Shown here: positions 45,684 through 53,945 of the stretch, one piece after another | How the letters are laid out: each line of letters begins with the position of its first letter | How positions within the stretch are numbered: the stretch's first letter is position 1 | From: Deltaproteobacteria bacterium | GTDB taxonomy: Bacteria > Desulfobacterota > Syntrophia > Syntrophales > JAFGHS01 | Assembly: GCA_016930075.1 (NCBI GenBank) | Contig: JAFGHS010000050.1 | Coordinates: 32,872 to 96,871 of the forward strand | Length of the DNA: 64,000 nucleotides | Direction: 5' to 3' | The notes under the pieces: model-generated | The model's database searches: none | What the model saw: only the letters and a program-made list of their open reading frames with translations | What the model was told of the DNA's origin: nothing | Position numbers and translations under genes: made by a program

Positions 45684-46133
45684 GTTTCAGGCGCCGGGAC
45701 ATGCGCATCGGTTGCTGTTCCCTCCGCGGCGCAAAAGTCCGTGATTAAAGACATATCCTGATCCCATCACCCATAAACGGCGATCTGATTCGTGATTTCC
45801 CGCCGTGAAGGGGTCTTTTCTTTTCTTGACAAGGCCGGACGGTCTATACTAAACGGTAAGTACAGCGCCGCGGCTTTACTCCAGAATCACTTTGAAATTC
45901 GGTAATTACAAATAACCACATAAACAGGAGGGTGTTGAGATATGGGGGGGGACTGCTTGAAGGCGCCACCGTTCTGGATTTTTCGGATTATATTGCGGTT
46001 CCTTACCGCGGGAGAGCACAGCGCCGAGGTCCTTGCACAGTTCGGGTACGGTCCGGGGGAGATCGAAGAGTTTAAAAACAGGCCGTCATCCGATAGGACG
46101 GTCGTTCATACGGATGGAGCGCCAAAGGAGTCT

Positions 46134-47003
46134 ATGATGAAAAAAATTGCCGCCCTTGTGTTCATGTTCATGCTGCTTGCCGCCGGGCCGCTTCTGGCGG
46201 TGCAATCGACCATTCTTGATGTCGAAGGCAAAGCCTGCATGGGAGACGACAAATCGAGAAAACAGACGGAGCAGGCGGCCATGACCGACGCCAAAAGAAC
46301 TGCTGCGGAACGGGCGTTGACCTACGTCAAGAGCGAAACCCAGGTCAAGGATATGGCCGTCGAAAAAGACCTTGTCAATGCGTATTCGCGGGCGACCGTC
46401 AAGGTCGTCGAGGAGCTTGATAAAGCCTGGTATAAAGATGCGGACGCCGGCAACTGCTATCGCATAAAGATCAGGGCGGAGATTGTTCCCGATGAGCAGA
46501 TGCTGGCCAAGGCCGCCGATGTCAAAGGTCTGGCCGATGATCCGGGGGCGCCGCTTGCCGTAAAGCTCTGGACCGACAAGTCCGAATACAAGCAAGGAGA
46601 AACGGTCAAGATATATATCAAGGGGAATAAACCCTTTCACGCCCGTCTCCTGTATAAGGATGCGGCAGGACAGATGCTGCAGCTGCTGCCCAACCCCTAC
46701 CGCAGCGAAGATTATTTCAACGGCGGCGTCATCTATGAAATCCCCTCGACGCAAGACCGCTTTGAATTGGAGGTATCGCCCCCTTTCGGCCGGGAGGATA
46801 TTGTGGTCTATGCCGGCACAGCGCCCCTGGGGGAGATCAGACTGAAGGCCGGGAAAAATGATCCCGTGTATCAGGTTGTGTCCAAATCGGATGATTTGCC
46901 CCGGCTGACGAGGGGCATCAAGATTAAGGAGAAGACCTCCGGCGGCAAGGATTTGCCGTCGGAATTTTACGAACAGACCTTAACCATCAAAACCTCCCGG
47001 TGA
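46134..47003 (+). CDS. Exported DUF4384 domain protein
   Basis: ATG 46134 has an AAAGGAG RBS and a signal peptide MMKKIAALVFMFMLLAAGPLLA. The C-terminal half (LAVKLWTDKSEYKQGETVKIYIKGNKPFHARLLYKDAAGQMLQLLPN...FELEVSPPFGREDIVVYA) fits the DUF4384 beta-sandwich pattern. The upstream 64 codons of the track ORF are probably not translated. Confidence 0.7.
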   Translation: MMKKIAALVFMFMLLAAGPLLAVQSTILDVEGKACMGDDKSRKQTEQAAMTDAKRTAAERALTYVKSETQVKDMAVEKDLVNAYSRATVKVVEELDKAWYKDADAGNCYRIKIRAEIVPDEQMLAKAADVKGLADDPGAPLAVKLWTDKSEYKQGETVKIYIKGNKPFHARLLYKDAAGQMLQLLPNPYRSEDYFNGGVIYEIPSTQDRFELEVSPPFGREDIVVYAGTAPLGEIRLKAGKNDPVYQVVSKSDDLPRLTRGIKIKEKTSGGKDLPSEFYEQTLTIKTSR

Positions 47004-47065
47004 TGTTGAGAGTCATGTTGAAAAAAAAGGTAAACGCGACCCCCTTTAAAGGATGGAGCCGAATC

Positions 47066-49417
47066 ATGATAAAGCCGACGTATTGCAATTCTGAAAGAAA
47101 ACAGTCCCTTTTTCACCGGGTGCGAATCCTGTGTCTCTTTTGCCTAATCGTTTTTCTCATCGGCGGGTGCGGCGCGGGGATGGTTCAGGACATGAAAACC
47201 AATATTGAAGACATCAAAATCAGTTCGCTCATGCAGAAAAAGCAGCACCATGAACTGATCCGCACCCTCCAGCCTGCGCTGGACAAAAACGAACCGTTGT
47301 CTTCTTTCCGCACGTTCCTTCTCGCAGCGGCATACTATGAAATCCGCGACTACGAAAAAATGTTCAGGACGGCGGATTTGCTGGAACGCCAAATCGGGAA
47401 AGGGGATGTCGCCGGGTACGGCGGGAATCTCTCCGTTTATCCGTATACATTGCGGGGTTTCGCCTATCTTGACCAGGGGGTTTTCGACAAGGCCCTGGCG
47501 GAAGCGTCAAAAGCCGCCGTCATCCTTGATCGCGACGCAAAGAATGACAACACCTTCTATCGAACGCAGCTCATCGACATCTCCTGCATCGCCGGAATCG
47601 CTTCGGCCGAGGCCGGACGCATGAAGGACGCCGACAGACACATCAAAACCATCGAAGATGTGACGACTATCGGCGGCATTCTGGGTCCGGAAAAATATGT
47701 CGCCTTGGCCAGGATACACATGGCCAAACGGGATTATCAAAGCGCTCTATCCGCTGTTCAGAATCCGCGTGCCGGCGTCCTGGGCCTTTATACGGTCTTT
47801 TACGATCAAACCTTTCAGGAACTCCCCAAATATTTCATCCTCGTCAAGTGCCTCTATGAAACGGGCAAAGTGGAAGAGGCGAAAAAAGGCTACGATCAAC
47901 TCCTCGGCCATCCCCAGATGCGGCAGATCGGGGGGCTTCTGTGGCCCGCGCTTCTCGACCGGGCCCGCATCGCCCGCCGCGAGGGTGACGTGAAACGGGC
48001 CGAAGAGCTTTTAAAAGAGGCTGTTGAGGTTATCGAAAAGCAGCGGGCGTCCATCAATACGGAAACGGGCAGGATCGGCTATGTCGGCGACAAGCAGGAT
48101 GTCTACCGGGAACTGATTGCCCTGCTCTGCGGCGGCAACCGTGCGGCGGAGGCCTTTGAATACGTCGAACGGGCGAAGGGACGGGCCCTCGTGGACCTGC
48201 TGGCGGCCCAGACGAAGATCGCCGTCCGCGGAAAGAATGCGGAAAATATCGACCGGACCCTCAGCCGTTTGACCGATGCCGAAAAGGCAAGCGCCACAGT
48301 GGCCGATGTGAAAATGCCCGGCGATGTTGCCGGAACCCGCGGCGTTGTTTTAAAACTGAAAAAAGAACTTCAGGCCCAGGACCCGGAACTGGCTTCCATC
48401 ACGACGGTCACGGACACGGATGTCAAATCCATTCAGTCGCGCCTGAACGCCGATGAGTCGATCCTGGAATATTTCGAAACAGACGAAGCGTGGTATGCCT
48501 TCGTTCTTTCCCGAAACCACATCCGGGTCACCGCCATCAACGGGGCCGGTCTGGCGGACGATGTAGCGGATTTCCGGCAAAAGCTGACACGAGCCGGCAA
48601 AACGGATTATATGGCCCGTGCAAAAGCACTCTATGGAAAGCTCTTTGCACCGGTGGCGGGGCAGTTGGCCACGCCCAGACTGATCATCGTTCCCCACGGC
48701 GTCCTCCATTACCTCCCCTTCAACGCTCTCCATTCCGGGAAGGAATTCCTCCTTGACCGCTATCAGCTGAGAATTCTGCCCAGCGCAAGCATTCTCGGCA
48801 TATTGGCAGACAGGGCCGGAACGGGCAGGCGCTCGGCCCTCATCATGGGCAATCCGGATTTGAAGAATCCGTCCCTCGACCTGAAATATGCGGGACAGGA
48901 GGCCATCGCCCTGGGCAAGATCATTCCGCAGGCAACGGTCCTTTTGAGAAACAACGCCCGGGCCGACGTGATTCGTGATAAAGGCCATCAATACGGCATC
49001 CTTCATTTCGCCGTCCACGGCGTCTTTGATGCGGAAAATCCCCTCAACTCCGCCCTTCTTCTTGCCGGAAACGGGTCGGGTCAGGGCCTTCTTAAGGCGG
49101 GAGATCTCTATCAGCTCCGTTTGAACAGCGACCTGATTACTTTAAGCGCCTGTGAAACGGCCTTAAGCGTCATATCCAAAGGGGACGACGTCATCGGTTT
49201 TACAAGGGGGTTTCTCTACGCCGGGGCGCGATCCATTGTTTCAAGCCTCTGGCAGGTGGATGACGAGGCAACGCGGGACTTGATGGTGGGCTTCTACCAG
49301 CGGCTTCCCCGAATGGACAACGATAAGGCCCTCAGGGAGGCCCAGTTACAGGTCAAAAAGGGCCGGCCTCACCCCTTTTACTGGGCGGCTTTTCAATTGA
49401 CGGGTCTGCCGAAATAG
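47066..49417 (+). CDS. TPR-repeat CHAT-domain (caspase-like) protease, predicted lipoprotein
   Basis: ATG 47066 (GGATGGAG RBS) gives MIKPTYCNSERKQSLFHRVRILCLFCLIVFLIGGC, with a lipobox-like IGGC. The central region has TPR-like helices. The C-terminal CHAT domain has the His/Cys dyad contexts LHFAVHG and LTLSACETA, then SLWQVDD and HPFYWAAFQLTG. Confidence 0.85.
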   Translation: MIKPTYCNSERKQSLFHRVRILCLFCLIVFLIGGCGAGMVQDMKTNIEDIKISSLMQKKQHHELIRTLQPALDKNEPLSSFRTFLLAAAYYEIRDYEKMFRTADLLERQIGKGDVAGYGGNLSVYPYTLRGFAYLDQGVFDKALAEASKAAVILDRDAKNDNTFYRTQLIDISCIAGIASAEAGRMKDADRHIKTIEDVTTIGGILGPEKYVALARIHMAKRDYQSALSAVQNPRAGVLGLYTVFYDQTFQELPKYFILVKCLYETGKVEEAKKGYDQLLGHPQMRQIGGLLWPALLDRARIARREGDVKRAEELLKEAVEVIEKQRASINTETGRIGYVGDKQDVYRELIALLCGGNRAAEAFEYVERAKGRALVDLLAAQTKIAVRGKNAENIDRTLSRLTDAEKASATVADVKMPGDVAGTRGVVLKLKKELQAQDPELASITTVTDTDVKSIQSRLNADESILEYFETDEAWYAFVLSRNHIRVTAINGAGLADDVADFRQKLTRAGKTDYMARAKALYGKLFAPVAGQLATPRLIIVPHGVLHYLPFNALHSGKEFLLDRYQLRILPSASILGILADRAGTGRRSALIMGNPDLKNPSLDLKYAGQEAIALGKIIPQATVLLRNNARADVIRDKGHQYGILHFAVHGVFDAENPLNSALLLAGNGSGQGLLKAGDLYQLRLNSDLITLSACETALSVISKGDDVIGFTRGFLYAGARSIVSSLWQVDDEATRDLMVGFYQRLPRMDNDKALREAQLQVKKGRPHPFYWAAFQLTGLPK

Positions 49418-49429
49418 AAGGGAAACCGG

Positions 49430-50131
49430 TCATATCCCCTCGAAGAGGTATTCGACGGAATCCAGCTTTTCCTCAATAGCCAAACTCAATATTTTGGAAA
49501 AGGTGTCGAGGATGACGATGGCGTTGCTGTTGGCCTCCGCCTTTTTATTCGTCTTGATGACCCTGGCAATACGCCTGCACATGGCTTCATTCAGCCGCTC
49601 GACGTTCCGGTAGGCCCGATTCAGTCCGTCGAGGGAAATGTCCGGTTTTCCGCCTTTTTTGGCGATGAAATACTGGGACATCAGGTACATGGACGCTGAA
49701 CGGATGACGGTTTCCTGGGAAGTGGAAAAAGGCAGATGGAACCGGGCCATGGGTTTGAGAAAATCCATGACCGGACAATTGCTGGTTGCCATAATGATGC
49801 CGAGAATGGAGGCGATGGCCCGCTGGGCCGGCGCCTCCTTAAAATAAGTCCGTTCCTTGGTTTCAACGGTGATCTTCATCATCTCTATGGACTGCATTTC
49901 TTTGAAGCATTCGACGAGGCCTGCGATATTCACGGCGATCGGGCAGTACGGATGTCCGTCGCTTTCAAGCGGGCAGACGTCGCAGCGGCAATTGTCCAGT
50001 TCTGTCCACGCGGGCGGTTCCCCCTGCTCCTTGACGATGAGAGAATTCGTCGCGCTGTCGATGACGATGGGATACGTTATCGATGTCCCGTTTGACATTT
50101 CAAAGGTATAGTTAATTTGGATATTATCCAT
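49430..50131 (-). CDS. Hypothetical protein with a CxCxxC-x9-C motif
   Basis: 233 aa with no family I can name. It contains DNCRCDVCPLESDGHPYCP and three further Cys. It is convergent with the CHAT gene (12-nt gap) and lies downstream of, and on the same strand as, the carboxylase. Confidence 0.5.
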   Translation of the reverse strand: MDNIQINYTFEMSNGTSITYPIVIDSATNSLIVKEQGEPPAWTELDNCRCDVCPLESDGHPYCPIAVNIAGLVECFKEMQSIEMMKITVETKERTYFKEAPAQRAIASILGIIMATSNCPVMDFLKPMARFHLPFSTSQETVIRSASMYLMSQYFIAKKGGKPDISLDGLNRAYRNVERLNEAMCRRIARVIKTNKKAEANSNAIVILDTFSKILSLAIEEKLDSVEYLFEGI

Positions 50132-50353
50132 GTTCTCACGTTTCCTTTAAATGCCGCGCCGCCTGACCGCTCACGGAATACGGCGGCTATCCTGTTCGAT
50201 TCCGCCCTGCAACCGTTGCCGGACGATCCTTCCCGGCGTTTTCCGGCATCTGCGTGTCATACTACATCGGTTTGCCGCGCTTGTAAATACGCCAAATCGA
50301 CTATTCAAAAATATTCGGGTAATTGCGTATCGATCCGCCCCTCCGGGAGGGGT

Positions 50354-53300
50354 TTACCAGGTGTCCACAAGGGGGCGTTTTTTACCCGACCGGCGTTCGG
50401 GCGGCGAGGCTGATTTTAATACGCCTCTTACAATCCGGCGGGTGTCGGCGGGGTCGATGGCGTCGTCGATGCCGAAGGAGACGGCGGCGCTCATGGCCTT
50501 GCCTCGCTGGTAGGCCATCTCCACGAGTTCCGCGTATTTTTTGTTTCGTTCGTCGGCGTCTTTGATATCGGCGAGAAGCGTCCGGAATCCGAGTTTAACC
50601 TGCCCTTCCAGTCCCATGCCCCCGAACTCGCCCGTCGGCCAGGCAACCGTGGCGGCGGGCGCCTTGAAGTGCCCCCCGCCCATGGTCATGGCACCCAGTC
50701 CGTAGCCCTTTCTTAAGATAACGGTGATCGTGGGAACCGTCAGGCTGGCTCCGGTGACAAACATCCGGCAGGCATGGCGCACCAGGGCCGTCTTTTCGAT
50801 TTCAGGCCCCACCATGATGCCCGGCGTGTCGCACAGAAAAACAATCGGCAGGTCGAAGGCGTCGCAGAGCTGCATGAACCGGGCGGCCTTGTCGGCGCCG
50901 GGGGCGTCGATGGCCCCGGACAGATAAGACGGGTTATTGGCGATGAGGCCCAGGGGTCTGCCTTCAATGCGGATGAGGGCCGTGATCATGCCGAGGCCGA
51001 AGTATTTGCGCAGTTCCAGAACCGAACCCGTATCGGCCATCGTTTCGATGATTTCACGGGGATCATAAACCCGCAGCCGGTTCTCCGGAATGATATGGCG
51101 CAGGATCCGCTGGTCGGCGGCTTCCCATGTTTTGAGCGTTCCCTGAAAGTAAGAGAGATATTTTTTTGCGGCCCCGACGGCCTCCGCTTCATCCTTCACG
51201 GCCACATCGACGACGCCGTTGGGCGCCTGAACGGACATGGGGCCCACCTCATCGGGGTGGAACACCCCGAGGCCGCCCCCTTCGATCATGGCCGGTCCGC
51301 CCACGCCGATGCGGGAATTGGCGGTGGCAATAATGACGTCGCAGCAGCCCAGCATCATGGCGTTTCCCGCAAAGCAGTATCCGGAATTGACGCCGATGAC
51401 GGGAACCAGGCCGCTCAACTGGGAGAGGGTGCGCCAGCTCGGAATATCAAGTCCTCCTGTTCCGCCGCCCGGGACGGGACCGCCGGGCGTCGAGGCCGGC
51501 ATCGGAGCGCCTCCGCCGCCGGCCCGGCCGCCGCCGCCTTCGGTGAAAAAGATTACCGGCACGCGCAGTTGTTCCGCTACGTCCAGGATGCGGTCGGTTT
51601 TGCGATGGTTCAGTCCGCCCTGAGTCCCTGCCAAAACCGTATAGTCATAAGACAGGACGGCGCAGCGGGCAGCGGTTTCTTCAAACAAATCGCCGTTGAC
51701 GGAAGCAAGACCGACGTACATGCCGTCGCCGGGATAGCGTGTGATCAGTTCGTCCAGGGAGCGGCGCATGCCGAGGGGGAGCACCAAAGAACCGTATTCC
51801 ACAAACGAGCCGGGGTCGCACAAATCCTCAAGGTTTTCTCTCGCCGTCCGCTGCCCTGTGGCGCGGCGGCGTTCCACCGCATCCGGCCGGGCGCTGTCCG
51901 CCGTCGCCGCGTGGCGGTCGAGGACCTCTTTTAAATCCGGGCGGATCTTATTCAGGTCGTATTTTTTAGCGGCTTCCCGCCTTGCTGTCTCCGTCTCGGC
52001 CTCTTCGATCAAAACGAGGGGGTGACCGGCATAGACGGCGTCTCCGACGGCGACGGTCATGCGGCGGATGATGCCGCTTACGGGCGCCTGCAACTCATGC
52101 TCCATCTTCATGGCTTCCATGATGAGGATGATTTCGCCTGCCTGCACCGTATCGCCGGAGAGCTTTTCAATTTTCCAGATCGTTCCCTGAATCCGGGAAC
52201 GGACGATGATGAGGCCGTCCGGCGATTTCATGGCCGTTTCATCGGCAATATACGTTGAGGAAGCGTCATCGTCTGCCAGTTGGCGCGTGGCCTTGCCGTG
52301 CTGCAGGACCGCCAGCGGGTCCGCATCATCCACGGCGGCGCCGGCAAAACGCGCATCCACGTCGTTTTCAAAATAAAGACGGCGGTGGCTTCCGTCCTCC
52401 TGTGCGAGCAATTCCCCGGCGTGATCCTCCATAAACCGGGTGTATAAATCCCCGGCCCGGACGGCGTCATGGCTTAAGATATTCTGCAAAAACGGGATGT
52501 TTGTCGGCACGCCCGCAATCCTGAATTCGCCGAGGGCGCGATAGAGCTTGTTTACGGCCTCGGAAAACCGGTCTGAATGCGTGTGGCAGATCACCTTGGC
52601 CAGGAGCGAATCATACCGGGCGCTCGTTTGGTAATCGCGGTATCCGAAGGTGTCGGTCCGGATGCCGGCCCCCGAAGGAATCTCAAAGGCGCTGAGGATG
52701 CCCCCCGCGGGCTGGGGAACGCCGTCTTTGTCCATCGTTTCCATATTCACCCGCGCCTGGATCGCGAATCCCTTCGGTCTGGGAATATGGTTCTGTTCCA
52801 GCCCCAGTTCCGCGATGGTGGCGCCCTGGGCCAGGCGCAGCTGAATCTGCACCAGATCCAGTCCCGTCGCCTCTTCCGTCACCGTGTGTTCGACCTGCAA
52901 GCGGGGGTTGACTTCAATAAAGGCAAAGGCGCCGTCGTCTTTGATGTCATCGACGTCCACCAGAAATTCAAACGTGCCGAGATTGTTATACCTGGTGTTG
53001 GCCGCCAGACGGCATGCGGCGTCGATGATGTTTTGCCGGAGCCCTTCGGGCAGGCCGGGACTGGGGGCGCATTCAATCAGCTTCTGGTGTCGGCGCTGGA
53101 TGCTGCACTCCCTTTCCCAAAGGTGCGAGACGGCGCCGGTTCCGTCGCCGATGATCTGCACCTCAATGTGGCGGGCTCTGGGAATCAGTTGTTCGACGTA
53201 GACATCGCCGTTGCCGAAGGCCTGCTGCGCCTCAAAGCGGCAGCGGTTCACGGCAGTTTCGATATCCTCAAACTGCCAGGCTTCTTTGATGCAGCGGCCG

Positions 53301-53794
53301 CCGCCGCCGGCCACGGCCTTGATCATAAGGGCGCTGCCTTCGGGGAGAAATGACCTGAATTCCTGCGCCACATTAACCGTTGTGGCGCCGTAGGTGCCGG
53401 GCAGGACAGGGACATTATTTTGCCGCGCTGCGGCTTTCGCCTGGAGTTTGTGGCCGAAGAGGTCCAGCAGCTCGGCACGGGGGCCGACAAAGACAATGCC
53501 CTCCTCCTCGCAGCGCCTCGCAAACGCCGCGTTTTCACTGAGGAACCCGTAGCCTGGATGGATGGCGTTGCAGCCCGACGCTTTTGCCGTGCCGATGATT
53601 TGCTCTATGTCCAGATAAGCGGCGGCGCCCTGACCCCTCAGGGCTCTCGCTTCGTCCGCTTTCTTGATGTGCAAAGACCGGCTGTCGTCTTCGGAATAGA
53701 CGGCAACCGTGTATATTCCCATTTCCGCAGCGGCGCGGAGGATGCGAACCGCAATCTCGCCGCGATTGGCCGCAAGCAGGCGCATATCCGTCAT
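50354..53794 (-). CDS. Single-chain multidomain acyl-CoA carboxylase (biotin carboxylase, BCCP, and carboxyltransferase fused)
   Basis: 1146 aa. The N-terminal ATP-grasp BC has EVNPRLQVEHTVTEE. The biotinyl domain has the EAMKMEH attachment motif. The C-terminal ~520 aa form a PccB/AccD-type carboxyltransferase (ARENLEDLCDPGSFVEYG, KAARFMQLCDAFDLPIVFLCDTPG, RKGYGLGAM). Confidence 0.85.
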   Translation of the reverse strand: MTDMRLLAANRGEIAVRILRAAAEMGIYTVAVYSEDDSRSLHIKKADEARALRGQGAAAYLDIEQIIGTAKASGCNAIHPGYGFLSENAAFARRCEEEGIVFVGPRAELLDLFGHKLQAKAAARQNNVPVLPGTYGATTVNVAQEFRSFLPEGSALMIKAVAGGGGRCIKEAWQFEDIETAVNRCRFEAQQAFGNGDVYVEQLIPRARHIEVQIIGDGTGAVSHLWERECSIQRRHQKLIECAPSPGLPEGLRQNIIDAACRLAANTRYNNLGTFEFLVDVDDIKDDGAFAFIEVNPRLQVEHTVTEEATGLDLVQIQLRLAQGATIAELGLEQNHIPRPKGFAIQARVNMETMDKDGVPQPAGGILSAFEIPSGAGIRTDTFGYRDYQTSARYDSLLAKVICHTHSDRFSEAVNKLYRALGEFRIAGVPTNIPFLQNILSHDAVRAGDLYTRFMEDHAGELLAQEDGSHRRLYFENDVDARFAGAAVDDADPLAVLQHGKATRQLADDDASSTYIADETAMKSPDGLIIVRSRIQGTIWKIEKLSGDTVQAGEIILIMEAMKMEHELQAPVSGIIRRMTVAVGDAVYAGHPLVLIEEAETETARREAAKKYDLNKIRPDLKEVLDRHAATADSARPDAVERRRATGQRTARENLEDLCDPGSFVEYGSLVLPLGMRRSLDELITRYPGDGMYVGLASVNGDLFEETAARCAVLSYDYTVLAGTQGGLNHRKTDRILDVAEQLRVPVIFFTEGGGGRAGGGGAPMPASTPGGPVPGGGTGGLDIPSWRTLSQLSGLVPVIGVNSGYCFAGNAMMLGCCDVIIATANSRIGVGGPAMIEGGGLGVFHPDEVGPMSVQAPNGVVDVAVKDEAEAVGAAKKYLSYFQGTLKTWEAADQRILRHIIPENRLRVYDPREIIETMADTGSVLELRKYFGLGMITALIRIEGRPLGLIANNPSYLSGAIDAPGADKAARFMQLCDAFDLPIVFLCDTPGIMVGPEIEKTALVRHACRMFVTGASLTVPTITVILRKGYGLGAMTMGGGHFKAPAATVAWPTGEFGGMGLEGQVKLGFRTLLADIKDADERNKKYAELVEMAYQRGKAMSAAVSFGIDDAIDPADTRRIVRGVLKSASPPERRSGKKRPLVDTW

Positions 53795-53851
53795 ATCCTT
53801 ATGTTCTCCTTAATACGAACACTCATGCCCGTCGCGGGCACAACAAAGCAT

Positions 53852-53937
53852 GAGAATACAGAAGCCGGGAGTCAGGAGCCGGAATAACCATGATATTGAT
53901 TTTCTTCTGAATTATGAATTCTGACTTCTGTATTCTC
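53852..53937. repeat. Inverted repeat pair (family F, CTGACTYCNGNCTTCTGTATTCTC-type units) in the carboxylase 5' region
   Basis: GAGAATACAGAAG (53852-53864) and CTTCTGTATTCTC (53925-53937) are perfect 13-nt inverted repeats. The flanking GAGTCAGGAGCCGGAAT / GAATTCTGAC show unit similarity. A small GCCCGtcgCGGGC hairpin lies at 53826-53838. Confidence 0.55.
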
Positions 53938-53945
53938 GTAAAAAC

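Noticed and set aside
45815-45845. TTGACA...TATACT promoter-like hexamers upstream of the DUF4384 gene
   Set aside because: The spacer between the hexamers is only 13 nt, too short for a sigma70-type promoter. An alternative -35 (TTCTTG) is weak.
45942-46133. 64-codon N-terminal extension of the DUF4384 ORF
   Set aside because: The internal ATG 46134 has an AAAGGAG RBS and begins a canonical signal peptide, whereas the extension has no RBS and would bury the signal peptide.
50774-51934. 386-aa plus-strand ORF (plus several 60-260-aa ORFs) opposite the carboxylase gene
   Set aside because: They are antisense to a continuous 1146-aa ORF with three recognisable domains. The products are Gly/Ala/Arg-rich.
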